Positions 50,177-63,550 of a stretch of 64,000 nt of DNA are shown here, in pieces (the first letter of the stretch is position 1; each line of letters starts with the position of its first letter). Location: assembly GCF_037042905.1 (NCBI RefSeq), contig NC_087252.1, positions 20,276,001 through 20,340,000 on the forward strand. The letters run 5' to 3'. The translations under genes were made by a program, and so were the position numbers. Origin of the DNA: Lytechinus pictus. Its lineage: Eukaryota. The notes beneath the pieces are model-generated. The model ran no database searches, was not told the DNA's origin, and saw nothing but the letters and a program-made list of their open reading frames with translations.

Positions 50177-53100
50177 GTAAATATTCAGAAAATGTTATTG
50201 CCGTATAAAAACGCAGTGCTAACAGCAAGGGATATGTATAGAAAAGCGGCCCTCGTCTACAAAGCCAGCACCCTGCGCGAAAACGAGGGGAAATGCTACT
50301 ATGGTCTTGCCGAGGGCAACGGGATATATATATATTTCGTCATTTCTTTTGACTTCCCTTTGTTGAAATATTAGTTTGGTATAACGTATTTCTCATTCAA
50401 GTGGAAAATTTTAAACTTTATTTTCAGAACAATAGTAGTCGGAGATGATGTAGAAGATGATCAGTGTATTATTAAAATGAAAATCCGTTACAATGATCAA
50501 GTGATATTATTTCTATGGCCATCAATTTACTGTTTTGTAATAAACGGATATGGAAATTGGGGGCCCATCTTTTATAGTACCTTGGGTTGTTCTAGGGAGA
50601 ACCTTTATGGGGCGTGGGGGAGGAGAGGGGGCATACCTAAATAAAACAAAGGTAAGGCATTTTTTTCTGAATATAATACTATAGACACCATGGAGCCCAC
50701 TTTTATGATGCTTTTCTTTGTTCTTCCTTAGTTTCATTGTTTTCCCCCTACACTCTTTGAAAAAAAAATCGGGGGATGTATGGGGCTATCGTTCACACCT
50801 CCTGTTACGCAGACCATACCTGAATGGTTTTTCCAATCTCGTGATCCTAACTTGACCATCTAGATCCCCACTCAGATGCATGATAGGGGTTGGGAATGCA
50901 GCCAGATCAGCCGAAGCCCCGGTTAGGTATGAACCCCATAACATTAAGCCTTGTGCAGCAGACGGATTACTGTTGACATAGCTCTGCAAAAACACACCTG
51001 TCCAAGGATATGACAGAATAGGGCGTAAGATTTAATAATTGTAATAACAGCGATAACGATGATTGTTATTATTATAAAAATAATAACAACAATATTAATA
51101 ATGTTGATGATAATGATAATAATAATAGTAATAAAAATGAAGGTGATAATAATAACAACAATAATGATATTATCAATGATGAAAATAATAATAATAAAAT
51201 AGTAATAAACTAATAATAATAATGCATATCAACGTCATATCGATTCGGGATAGCTCCGTCAGTTCCGATAATAATTATGTCGTATAACTCGAAATAAACA
51301 AAATGGAGCATAAGTCGTGTCAGTCTAAAAACGTGCTTTGAGACAAGTCTTACCTCCAAGGGAATGGCCTGCGAAAAACATCGGTGTGTTAGCCGGCATA
51401 CCAGACCTTACAAGATCGACTATGGAATTGTTTATCTTGAGAGAAATCTGCATAAAATAAACCAGTGATTTTGTGATTAAAAAAGGGTATCGACGCCCCC
51501 AAAACATATTGAATACCACAAAAAAGCGAACCCTTCTTTGAAAATAATGTTTTAAAATATTTTCAAATCGCAGAGCCGATCTGCGCTAACTAGTGCAAAG
51601 TAAATGAATTTAAATGATAATCTCGTGAATGTTGCTGTGAAAACATGATATCACCATATTACAATTATTGATGTTATTTCAATTACTCACACCTAATTTA
51701 TTTGAATATTAAAACCATTTTAATCGAACCACTTCATACGGCTTATATTCAACATTGTGTATTGCAGGTATTTCATTTCCGCGAAACATCGTAATAATAG
51801 GAGCAGAACATAATGAACTGAATGTGGAAAAAGATAAAGCGTAGATCATTATACAAAGAATTCAGGGAATTATGGCAAAGAAGATCGGAATTACATGTAA
51901 TCTAATTTGATGAATGGAATCACAGATTTACCTCAGGAAGGAACGGCCGATTCTCCAAGTAGTCTGTCGTCAGAGCGACCCACAGCCTTAACGGAGACTG
52001 ACGCTGGATCCTCTCCGTAAGAGGAAGGTATGCTTCCCCACGGATCTCTGCTCCTGGAATCACTACCAATGCTGCCTCTACTCCGTGGTCGCGTACGGGT
52101 TCGACGATCACTGTTGATGGGACGTGGACTAGGGACGAGTAAGCCATTGGTTAACGTTTAATTGGAATTTATCTCAGATACAATTTCTAGTAATCATGGT
52201 AATGAAGCCATGGAAATATTGTCCTTGAAAATCTTTATTTATTGCAACAAATACGTGAAAAACAAAGTGACCGGAAACACCATCCCAATTTAATTCCATA
52301 TATTACACGTGTTGCAATTCCATTTGTCGAAAGAACAATTATTTTATTACTATGAATATTTTTAGAGACATATTGAAAGTGTATGCGCATTTTTTCCTGT
52401 TTTTTGTTTGTTTCTCATATGAATGCTACGCAATAATTTTTTTTAGGAAGACAATTGAAATGTTCACAAGTGAAAGCCAGAAAATTATAGCGAGCTTATG
52501 CTGACGTAAGACATTAATGGCAAGCACTATTGTGAATAATGACCCTTAATAAAAAGAATTGCCTTAGGCTAATATTACAACTGATTTTTTTTTTTAATTC
52601 TTGATATTTGCGTTGTTAAGAAAATGCCATACGTGATAGTAAGAACGGAATATTTGGTAATAATAAATCGGATTAAAGGCAAAAACGGCTGGTTTTAGAC
52701 TGGGTGTTTTGTAAAATTGGAGATGTATGTTTACAGTTTATTCAAACTTGCACCATGAATGGTTTGTCATATATTGGATGCCGGGGTCCTTTAAGGGCAA
52801 TAATTTTGTTCAGGACTTTTGTAATGTCAACACATTTCCCAAAATTAATCGTATAAAAAACATGAAAGCTCAATGTGATTCTTTCTAGCCATGAAAAAAA
52901 ATCATTACCAGCCTTCCACCTACCCCGCCCGCCCACCCTCTCTCCCTTTCTCTTGCTGTACCTCTGTCTTATTATTCTTCTTCGTCCCTACCAATCGTGA
53001 GTTTTGCAACTACAGCGGGGAAGGATTTAAGAGCATAGTAAATGTATTGAAAATACTCGTCAAGTGACAAAGAACAGCTAGGACGTCTTTAACGAAAATT

Positions 53101-55298
53101 AAACCAGAACGGCCGTTTTGTCCAAAATTTTAGAGTTGACAAGAAAATGTGAAAAATATTTAATTTTCTGATTCACCTATTTTTGACAAAGACGTCTTGG
53201 TTGTTCTTTGTCATTAAGGGCACTCAACAATATATTTTTTATGTTCTTAAAGGCGTCGACTGTTGTGGAAGAAAAAACTCCATTATCTTTAAAAGATGTT
53301 ACCTGATGTAAAGATATGAATCGCTATACCAACGAGGCCACCAATGACCAAAAAGACGATCGCGACTACGACACAAATTACCGACGGCGGCGTCCCTTGC
53401 GACTTCACAACAGGGATGACAGACTCGCGATGATGTCTAAAGAGACGAAATAGAAAAGACTAAGCATGTTTTTTTTAATAAAGGAGAAGCAATAGTACCC
53501 TTTTAGCCTAATTGTCATGTTTGTAGTGAACGGGATGTCGAGTGAAATATTCGTTTTACTTTTCGTTCTCGAAATGTGGTTGCCTTTGATGCCGTCTAGA
53601 CCCGTTAAGGCCATATTAGTGACTGTAGAGATAAAACGCAATGCGATAAAGACTAACAAGACCAAAGCTAATGCAGAAATACATGTTTTTCGAAGGTCAA
53701 GCCATAATTACTCGGCATACTTGCAACTAAAGAAAACAGGATATTGAGAAATATATTTTTTTCTTGCCCACGTTGATCACCATGATCAATATTAAGGACC
53801 GCGGTGTTTTACACGTTAACTTTAAAATGTTTTTTTTATATGCAGTTGTTTTACAGAAATAACTACTACCAGATCCCCTTTGACTTGATACTGCAGTACC
53901 TTCGAGTTCTTACTATCATTATAAACCGGGGACTCAGGGAGTTTATTTAGCTGATCGGGTACATAAGGTTTGATGCTCCCAACATGTTGGGATGATATCA
54001 GTGGTCAAGCAAATGTGTTGCTGCCGGGTCATATCCTGTACGGAAAGCCCAGAGGACCCCATTTTTGTCGACCATCTTGGATTTTTCATGAAAATCAATT
54101 ATTTTCATATCTTTGGACAAACAATGGAAAATATTAAATAAATACGCATTTCACAATGATTTAGATAGAAGAAATCGATTGCAATCGTTTTCTGGACAGT
54201 CCGGTTAAAATAATGTTTTTTGAAAAATATAATAATTTATGCCAAAATGTCCATGTTTTTAGGCAAAAAATTGCATGTGCATTAATATCTTTCTGTTTTG
54301 TCATTGATATATACAACTAATGCAAAATATAAGCATTCAACAGGAAAGAGGATATTTTTCCATTTTGCCACATTGAGGGCTCCAAAAGGCAGGATATTTT
54401 AATAGTCAAGCTTCGGATAAGGGTTGGGTACCTTCGACAGGCTCTTGCGGGATTATGTTTTAAGGTGCCCGAATGTAATTGCGACATGCAGAACAATGCC
54501 TCTAACTTTTCCAAGAGGTTTCATTAACATAAAAGTTGCTTTGATGTGTAAAAAAAATCGCCTTTTGCTCTCCTACCCATATATGTAATATACACCAACA
54601 AAGGCAAGACCGATTGAGTCCATACCTTTTAAAAAGACATGCCAGCGAGCACATAGAAGTCGGTATCACTAGTGTGACGGAGTGACGGAGGTTGCTTTTT
54701 AGGGTGTCATTTAATCTCAATATCGGGGAATACATTTGGAGGTATTTTCCCTATATCTAAGCAAGTTAAGACATTTATACTGTCATGAAGCATATAAATG
54801 TTCTTGTTAATATATCCTCTTTCCTGTTGAATGCAGATATTTTGCATTAGTAGTATTATATTGAATTATACAGAAAGATAACAATGCACATGCAATTTTT
54901 TGCCTAAAAACATGGAAATTTTGGCATAAATTCTTATATTTTTCAAAAAACATTATTTTAACCGGACTGTCCAGAAAACGATTGCAATCGATTTCTTCTA
55001 TCTAAATCACTGTAAAATACGTATTTATTTAAAAAAAATCATTGTTTTTGTGCAAAAATATGAATTTAATTGATTTTCATGAAAAATCCAAGAAGGCCGA
55101 CAAAAATGAGGTCCTCTGGGCTTTCCATACAGGATATGACCCGGCAGCAGCACACTTGCTTGACCACTGATCTCATGCCAACATGTTGGGAGCATCAAAC
55201 CTTATGTACCCGATCAGCTGAATAAACTCCCTGAGCCCCCGGTCTATTACCTCGGTGGAAGAACTTAAACAAACATGTACAACATACCTGTCTGCCAT
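46957..55298 (-). CDS. Membrane-anchored (type II) alpha/beta hydrolase. Exons 55298-55288, 53436-53303, 52128-51932, 51447-51354, 50997-50820, 49699-49525, 48163-47999, 47295-46999 (or to stop at 46957)
   Basis: All introns GT-AG and phase-consistent. N-terminal TM (VICVVVAIVFLVIGGLVGIAI), oxyanion region VIPGA, nucleophile GHSLGG, acid GDLDG, His in GVNHFQF. Confidence 0.88.
47425..47537 (-). mobile_element. tRNA-derived SINE head fragment
   Basis: GGAGGTGTCGTGGCTGAGTGGTCTAAGGCG...CCGGGTTCCATCCCCGG. Confidence 0.6.
48465..48613. mobile_element. MITE (family of 2411-2585) inserted in a SINE fragment (48320-48625)
   Basis: CAGGAGCCG...CGGCCCCTG flanked by a CTAT direct repeat. Confidence 0.55.
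50121..50175. repeat. (AT)n microsatellite
   Basis: ~27 AT units. Confidence 0.95.
53922..55246. mobile_element. Long-TIR element (~435-bp arms) with TA(G)ACCGGGG...CCCCGGTCTA ends and TTA TSD (Academ-like), in hydrolase intron 1
   Basis: Arms 53922-~54355 and ~54810-55246 are highly similar reverse complements; flanks TTA|...|TTA. Confidence 0.85.
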
Positions 55299-55879
55299 TG
55301 CTCAGCTTTATCCACAGCCCAAAAAAAAAGAAATAATAAGCTGTACTATGAATAAGGTAGGGTATATTGAACATAGGAGGCCCGTTTGTTGTACATCCAT
55401 GGCTTGATACAAAGCATGAGAGCAGAACGGCTATGTAAAGAAGATTCTATTATTACAATACAGTTTCATTGTCTGCATGTTTGGGTGAACATCAATATCA
55501 TGCCCACTGTCATGTTTATAGAATGGCCAAACTCGAGAGCGAGTGAGTGTGCATATGGTGAGTGTGTGTGAAAGAGGGAAAGAGAGAGAGAGAGAGAGAG
55601 GGTGTGTGTTCAATGTCACCATCCATCCAAATCGTCAAGAAATTAAACTAAATGACTTTATGTTGTTACAATGTGAGACAAATATCCAACAAATAACTAG
55701 TTAGATCAATTCTAAATTTGATTATTTTATTTATTACAGGTATAAAACAAAGGTAAAGAAAATAACAAATCTTAAATATCTTGTAGATTCAGTTTTAGCT
55801 TTCATGATCCTGTGTTAATTCCAAATAATATAAAAATTAGCTGGCAAAGATTCCCTGGATTAAAGTCCAGAAAAAGGAG

Positions 55880-56520
55880 ACAAGTTTTGACATTCTGTCC
55901 TAAAATAGGACATTCTAAGCACTTATTGCAATAATGAACAGGATAGGTATATAACTAAATAATGCGAGCGCGAAGCACGAGCGGAAAAAGAATGAGCTAG
56001 ACCTACAAGCGGGACAGTCTATTCATGTTTTTTAAATCATGAAAAAGAAGGTTAAATGGGTATATTCCTACATTAATAATGTGAGTGCAAAGCGCGAGCA
56101 GAAAAAATGACATTCAGACCTAAAAAATTGACATTCAAAGCACTTTTTGCAATCATGAACAGGATAGGTATATAACTAAATAATGCGAGCGCGAAGCACG
56201 GGCGGAAAAAATGAGTTAGACCTACAAGCGGGGCAGTCTATTCATGTTTTGTAAATCATGAAAAAGAAGGGTAAATGGGTATATTCCTACATTAATAATG
56301 TGAGTGCAAAGCGCGAGCAGAAAAAATGACATTCAGACCTAAAAAAACATGACATTTAAAGCACTTTTTGCAATCATGAACAGGACAGGTATATAACTAA
56401 ACAATGCGAGCGGGAAGCGCGAGCAGAAAAAGAATAGAGTTAGAACTAATAACTGGACACTCTATTCGTGTTTTGTAAGCCATGTAAAGGATGGGTAATT
56501 GCGTATGTTCCTATATCAAT
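55880..56520 (+). repeat. Tandem repeat, ~220-bp unit x ~3 (GCGAGCGCGAAGCGCGAGC family); degenerate copies at 57700-58480
   Basis: ATGAACAGGATAGGTATATAACTAAA recurs at ~55934, ~56155, ~56376. Confidence 0.85.
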
Positions 56521-56773
56521 CCCCACTTTTCGCCTGTGCAACGCAGACGGACTTTACGACGGTATATTGGTTTTGGAGTAGACTTTTGGGCCCGTCGTCA
56601 TGGTCCTAAAACTCTATCCTGCAATGCAAATTGTGTGACATGTTGCAACGGAAACATTCAATCTGCGTTTCGTGTGCAACATTCTGGTTGCTTCTATGGT
56701 AACAGCGATATATCCGATTTAGGACGACTTTCCAGAGCCACGTTTGGTTCCTCCTAGAGCTCGAGAGGCCGCT

Positions 56774-57082
56774 CGGGGGGGGGGGGGCACTTCCATTGAC
56801 GAGTGGATACCAGGCGCGACCACGCGTAAAAAAGGGAAAGAGTGGGCAAGTACGTAATATAGGCCTATGTAACGTTATAAGGGTGTCAAAAGCGATGTTA
56901 AAAATACTGAAAAAAGGGATACATTTCCAATATGTTTAGGGTTTCACAAGCCAAATACTTGTTAAGGGATGCATTTTCATAATCTGGAAAAGACTTGCTT
57001 CGCTTGTTTAGGGTGCTTTTCGAAACCCTATGGTCGCGCCTGGTATCCTCTCGTCAATGGAAGTGCGCCCCCCCCCCCCGGG
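56774..57082. mobile_element. MITE with G-tract TIRs
   Basis: CGGGGG..GCACTTCCATTGACGAGTGGATACCAGGCGCGACC / GGTCGCGCCTGGTATCCTCTCGTCAATGGAAGTGC..CCCCG. Confidence 0.85.
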
Positions 57083-58847
57083 AATTTGAATCTTATCCCC
57101 AATTTCTTGGGAAAGTAAAACATAATGCCCATTACATTGTGTGCTAGAGGCATATCGTTTTCGTAGGAGCAAGCAAAAGAAAAAACCCCGCAAATTCGGA
57201 TGGTGTTCAGACGGTTAGGCTTATTGCATATGCCGTGCATATACCATGTACATATCAACGCATGCGAAATGGTTTCGGCTGAAGAGGTGATCTGACCCAT
57301 GGAATCAATTGCCAGTGATCCACCAATAATCCACATTAGATGCAATATCGATTCGATGGACAGTAATGATCTATATCTAAGTCTGAATTCAGTAAGTTTT
57401 TCCTCACTCAATATGCACTCGATTTGTTTGAAAAACCACTTTCTTATCCATGTCATGATCTATTGTAGGCCCAGCATTTCGAATATCTCCAGCCAGTTGT
57501 CATAGTAGATGCTCGCAGCCGGCTCAGGGGGCATCTATAGGGCCTGTAACACAAAGCTTAGCAATGATTGTAGAGCAGTATTCTACCTTTGATTCTATTG
57601 ACTATAATGTACAATCAATCTTGAAAATCGAGTGTATGATTAATCGTTAACTTTTGTGTTACCGGACCGAATGATGCGTCCCCGAGGTTTGCAAAAACTC
57701 CGTATCAATGCGAGCACGAAGCGCGAGCAGAAAATGTTTGATATTGTGATCTGAAAATTGGTAATTTATGCACTGAGTTAAGCACTGTGTAGGACAATTT
57801 TGAAGTGGATATTGATCGCACCTAATAATTTGTGCGAACGCAAAGCGCGAGCTGATATTTTTATTAGACCTCTTATTATTTTGACATATGTCCGGGACAT
57901 TCTAAGGACATTTTGTCATCTTATGAAAAATGATAACTGTCTTTTTATTCCTCTTCCTTAGCGCGGGATGCTTGTCGATATTACCTTGTGAAAAAGGGAC
58001 ATTTTTATGAATTCATGAAAATGTTATCTTATTCATTGATGTAATAAACCAATAAACCTAATGAGAGCGCGAAACTTGTTAATATTAAGTCCTGAAAAGA
58101 GAGTTTTAAAGATACTAAGAAGGTAGACATTCACCAATCAAAATGTGAGTGCGCTGCGCTGGCTGATAGGTTTTGACAATCAACCCTGAAAGGGATATTT
58201 TGATAACCTTATAGGTACTTGACAAATCAAATTCTGCGAGCGCGCAGTGCGGGCTGTAAATGTTGATACTTAGACAATAAAACGGACATACCGAACACTT
58301 TGTGAAAATCAATTTGTAAATCAAACAAAATAAGGAATGCTTGATGTCCGTGCTGAAATAGGTTTTGAATTTACTTCAAAACTTGATATTTTAAGCTCCA
58401 TATCAGCCTATTTATTGAGCAAGATATGTATCTCATTGAATATACAACGCCATGGCGAAGCGCGAGCGAAAAATTTATACAGTTGCATGAATTTGTTTTT
58501 ACCAAGTCTTCTCCTTATCTTATTTCATTCACTCGTCTTCTTACTCTTTTTTTTCCTTCTTTCTTCCCCTTTTTTTTTTCTTTCCGCCCTTTATTTTTCT
58601 CCTCCAATGGGGGGGGGGGGGAGGCAGTTATTATTCAAGTGGGTCTATTTTGTAGACTACACTAGCATTATGGGTCAGGAAACTGGCCATGTATGTGTAG
58701 TTGAGGACTGTATATTATGCATTGATATACAGATTTTGTTTATCTGTTTCTATACGTATATTGATTTTGTTTTCTTTCTACAACTTCATGTATTCGACCT
58801 TTGGCTGCGAATTGAATTTTATTATGATAAATACATTTATCTCAGTG

Positions 58848-58918
58848 TACACACACACACGCGCGCGCGCAAGCGCACACACACACACACCCTCACACAC
58901 ACACACACACACACACAT
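58848..58918. repeat. (CA)n/(CG)n microsatellite
   Basis: Direct reading. Confidence 0.85.
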
Positions 58919-59336
58919 AATCCAGTCAAACGGTCGTCCTTAACTTACGAAAATCTCTTTACTAAAAGACACTTTTAATAAATTCTATTCATATTTTTTA
59001 TTGCATTACTGATAAATATATCATGTGTTGGTTTATAAAATAGAAGTACCAATTAGATTTATCAATTAACATAGGACAAAGTATGCATTACAAAAAAAAA
59101 AAAAACGCTACATAACAAACTAATAAGACATTGTAAAAGCCAAGATATTAAGTCAAAAGAAAATAGAGTTTAAATCAGTGATGTAAAAGGTGCTTCTAAA
59201 GCCAATGAGGCTTAATAAATTTGATGCCCCCGTAAAAAAAATGGTACATATAGTCAACGAAAAATACTCCCCACCAAAATAAAATCGATTTCTTGTTGAG
59301 TGAAATTCTATCTTCTTAATAAGTTATTTTTCAAGG

Positions 59337-59641
59337 CAGTGGCGTACCCAGGATTTTCCACAGGAGAAGGGAGGCAAAACCGCCCGCCCAAAAATTTGAC
59401 AAGCAAAACAAAAAAAGGTCTTCAATCACAAATAACGGATTTCGTACCAGAAAAAAAATTGACAAGCAAAAAAAAAAGGTCTTCAAGCTAGTCAGGGGGG
59501 CAATAAAGGTCTTCAAGCTCGTCAGGGGGGGGGGGGGGGAAAGGTCTTTCAAGCTCGTCATGGGGGCAGGGATACGTCCTTTGCATGGGTTGTGGCTCAT
59601 CAGGGGGCACACTGCCCCCCCCCCCCGTAGGTACGCTAGTG
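59337..59641. mobile_element. hAT-type MITE with 8-bp TSD
   Basis: TTTCAAGG|CAGTGGCGTACC ... GGTACGCTAGTG|TTTCAAGG. Confidence 0.88.
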
Positions 59642-59720
59642 TTTCAAGGGAAGCATTCGTTCTTGAAATGAAGTTCGCTCTAAATGAATTTCAAAATGAG
59701 GGTTCCTTAATATAGCCTAC

Positions 59721-60754
59721 CTGAGAATGTTCCTGCCATCGTTGCCCCCAATCCATAACAGAAACTAGAAAGAGCGAGGGCCATGTCACAATTACTATCG
59801 TCAAAGACAGCATCCTCGATTATGCTGCTGCAAAAGGCATCCACGATGAAGAAGCAGAACCCTCAAATAAATGCTAAATCAGCACGTGACTGGTAATCAG
59901 AACTGGTGACGTCCAGCAGAAATGATACGACGCAGATACAAGATACCGGGATGTACACAGCACAAGCATTGACTCTTTTATAGAGGAGGAGGATGGAGAC
60001 GGTTCTCCCAATAATGCCGCCGACACCACCGATTGTTGAGAGGTAGACAGCATTAGAAGATTGGATACCAAGTTGTTCAGTATGGGGAACCAAAAAAAAA
60101 ATCCAATAATAAACAGTGTGAGATTCTATGACAAGGATCGGGGTGGAGAAAGGGTAGAGCGGCTCGTTTAACAATCCGCAAGATCGTTTGCAGGATTGAA
60201 TGAATGACCCTTTCAGGGTGGATTGTGGGTCCGATGACATCTCCTGCTTATCAATCCTAAACCTATCCAACTGAATCAAACGCCTTCGCTCTGTCACTCC
60301 TTCAGTTCCTTGTCCATCATCCGCTTTACCACACAACATTGTCTTACTTTGGGAGGATTCTGTTCCTGAGTAACACTTCCGGTCATCATTCTGTTCCTGT
60401 ACTTCTTCTAACATGGTAGATCTTTGCTCCATTGCGTTCATAGTAACGCCTCCAAGAATCCGTAAGCTTGAAGTGATTTTCCAATATTTGTTTGCTCTTT
60501 CAAGTCTAACAACACTGTCGGTTCTTAAAAATGGTGTGAAAGATAACAAAACCCATCTTACACAGTAGATGAGTAATCGCTGATGGCATACTGCATATCA
60601 ACCGAACAGTACCGTAACAAGAGTCGAGACGTTCGGCCATGGTCGGAATAAGAACCCCGAATGATTTTGCCATCCCGGTATCCATAAAGAGCAACACAAA
60701 TTTGCTTAGAACGATCACATAACCCCATTAGAACATTCAGGTTGCCACAGCCAT
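59721..60754 (-). pseudogene. Monocarboxylate transporter (SLC16/MFS)-like pseudogene
   Basis: MAVAT*MF*WGYVIVLSKFVLLFMDTGMAKSFGVLIP...; C-half FFLVPHTEQLGI...AVYLSTIGGVGGIIGR. Two early stops, frameshifts, and several N-half helices appear deleted. GT donor at 59720. Confidence 0.75.
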
Positions 60755-61023
60755 TTTATTAGTTCCACATATATATTTACTGGAATTTAGTCCAAGGTAA
60801 TATATATGCCTATGACGAAATAAGGAACCAAAACTGCCACTTCGCAATGTTCGCATTATAATGTACAGCAATATCAAGAAATACAGAGTGGGTCAGAAAA
60901 ATATGTCCCATTAGTTTGAAGTGGTCTTGTCTAAAGGATGAAATTTTAATCATAGATTTATTGATATGTCCTGATATAATTTTGATGCTATTTTCGAACG
61001 GAATGGTATTCATGACTGACTAA

Positions 61024-61161
61024 TACCTCGGTCACATTCGCTCTACGCCGAGTCGAAAACCGCCGTTTTAACATTTGTTTGGTACCAGGTATAGGTGGTT
61101 TGAATAAAAATGAATAAAATTGCTGTTTTCGACTCGCCGTAGAGCAAATGTGACCAAGATA
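61024..61161. mobile_element. Hairpin MITE, copy 3 of the ACCTCGGTCACATT family
   Basis: TACCTCGGTCACATTCGCTCTACG ... CGTAGAGCAAATGTGACCAAGATA. Confidence 0.7.
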
Positions 61162-61377
61162 TAAGACGCAATCTCCGGAAAGTCTGTCGTTAAATCTCAG
61201 TTGCGCCGAGATGCTGGGTGAAGAATCAAACAAAGTCTGAAAAGGATAATTGTGTGCACACTAAAAGACACCAACCCATTGTTCACCCACACACCTCTTT
61301 TCTTGGCCACACACACATCCACCCACCGCCACCAAAACACGCGCTTCTTAGAAAAAACTTCATAAACCCCTCATTAA

Positions 61378-62243
61378 AGACCCTGACCGGTGTAAAAACA
61401 ATCATATATAAAAATAAAGGTAATGATTCATACAATTCAAATATACCAAAAATATTACATATATCTCCTTCCAATAGTTATAAATATTAAATAAAAATAA
61501 AAAAAAACTGCTTCTCCAAAGTACGCTTCGATTGAGCACCCCAACGTCGCTTGAAAATGATGACGTCACGTTGTGTCAGGAGGGTTGTGATTCCATAGGT
61601 TTGTGTACAAGAGCATTGGGTATTTTCTTCCATTTCCATGTTATGAATCCATTTTTTTTTCGTTTTCAGATGAAAATAGCACTCAAAATTATTCACTGTT
61701 CAAATTGTTGTAAACCTACAACTATTTACTACCTTTTTTGTGATTTCTTTGTTTGGCTCTTATTGGGCTTAAATTGCTATGTCAGGAAAAGTTGTTATAC
61801 ATAATCTAAATGCAGATGGAATTTAAATCTGCGCCAAATAAGCAGGAAATAAAATATGGCAAAACTAGTTCAAACTGTAGATTCATAAATTCAAGCTTGT
61901 GGGTAAAAATATATGTGATATCCCTCTGTGATAAAAGTAAAGAAATTAATGAAATGCGTTATCTGGAAAGCAAAAAAATCACCCAGTTTTTCTGTGTTCA
62001 AACCTATGGAATCACGACGCTTCTTACACAACGTGACGTCACGGTCGCGAGGCAGGTGAAAAGCACAATAAAGTCTATTTTCTAAGCGGGGTTCGAAGCC
62101 CGATAATTGGAATATTCTTAAGCAAAATACTCAGCTAGGAAGCGGTGAAAATGCATAAAGCATACCTTGCTGTATTTAGTAGCTTATAATCTTTCGATTG
62201 GTATATAATTTATCAATTTCATTTTCGGGTCCGGTCTGGATCT
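61378..62243. mobile_element. Kolobok-like non-autonomous element, TTAA TSD
   Basis: TTAA|AGACCCTGACCGG ... CCGGTCTGGATCT|TTAA; internal inverted block TGACGTCACGTTGTGT...GATTCCATAGGTTTG at ~61560 and ~62000-62042. Confidence 0.7.
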
Positions 62244-63304
62244 TTAAGTAGTGATTACAATTCCTCATATTCGTATCTGATTGATCATGTCCTGATAAAA
62301 AGTGGCCACTCTATTCCACTGTTAATCTTCAAAATTGTTTGCCTGATTTGGAAACACGTATGTTTGGCCCTTCACAAATGTGTGGATATCTGAGGGTGTG
62401 TGGGTGGTGGTGAGTGTGGAACGGGTGATTTGTTGTTTATGTGTGGGTCTGTGTAGGGGTGAGTTTGGTGGAATATGTGGGTGTGTCTGTGTGTGGAATG
62501 CCGGCTAGGTGTCGGTATCTATCTGCATGCGTGCACCTTTTTTCATTCTTCAACTAATGACTTGGCGCAACTAAGATTTTACGACCTTCTGGAGATTGCT
62601 TTGTAGTCAGTCATGCAGGCAAATATCAGTATGAATATGGTATCAAAATGAGAGTGGGAATAACTCTATATCAATAACTGTTCATAGTTTAGACAAGACA
62701 ACGCCAATTTGATGGGATATGTTTTTTCTGACTAACTCTGTACTTCAACTTTGCAATCTTGCTTTTCGACCAGACATACCATATCCATGCTACAGTTCAA
62801 TAGTTCATTGTGAAAGAACGAAGGTAAGTTTCTTTTAATTTTGTTTATAAATAAATTTACGCGGTCACATCTCTAAAAGGTCGGACGGGTATTAAGCGTT
62901 CTCCCACCTATAGGCCGCGAAAAAACGAAGCTATGACTCTTGCAGGGTTATTTCATGTTAGCTTTGATTGTGAGCACTGCAAAACGTAGTCTAAAAAACA
63001 GCTTTGTATTATTTGATAATCGCTCTCTTTAGTCTTTTGAATATGAATAATTTTGAAGAAAATATAAATCCGCCATTTTGGGGGATTTTAAAACACTTCT
63101 GGTTAGGATTTGGCAGAAACTGCAGCGTAATTATGTAAAAATTCACCTCTTGAAACTGCAAGTCTTTTTGTCTCTGATCCGTGAGTGGAAATGGTTAGAG
63201 CTATCATTTGTCTCAAACGGCATGAATTCTGTGATATTTCCTCTTTTCAGTCATATGAGTTTAAATAATTTCTGAAAAATATAAATTTGTGATTTATTAC
63301 ATTA

Positions 63305-63550
63305 ATATAATAATAATAATAGCTGGATTTATAAAGCGCTTTTTGCCAGAGGATACAAAGTGCTGCTATCATTATCCCGGCTTTAGCTCGAGCTACCATC
63401 ACCGGCACTCAGTGCATGCAAGGAATTACTCATGCCGGGTACCCATTAACCTCACCTGGGTCGAGTGTAGCACAGTATGGATACATTTCTTGCTGAAGGA
63501 AAATACGCCATGGCTACGATTCGAACCCACGACCCTCTGTTTCAAAGCAC
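63305..63550 (-). mobile_element. 5'-truncated tRNA-derived SINE with central TGGGTACCCGGCA domain and (TTA)n tail
   Basis: B box GTGGGTTCGAATC, central ACTCGACCCAGGTGAGGTTAATGGGTACCCGGC, tail AAGCGCTTTATAAA...(TTA)n. Confidence 0.75.

Noticed and set aside
54360..54810. Possible transposase remnant in the centre of the foldback element
   Set aside because: The frames examined contain stops and no recognisable motif.
57440..57530. Minus-strand HLL*QLAGDIRNAGP resembling a 2A ribosome-skip peptide; ORF 57028-57456
   Set aside because: Does not fit D(V/I)ExNPGP, contains a stop, and no recognisable downstream domain.
58337..58978. 213-aa ORF
   Set aside because: Low-complexity T-rich and CA-microsatellite sequence; no domain features.
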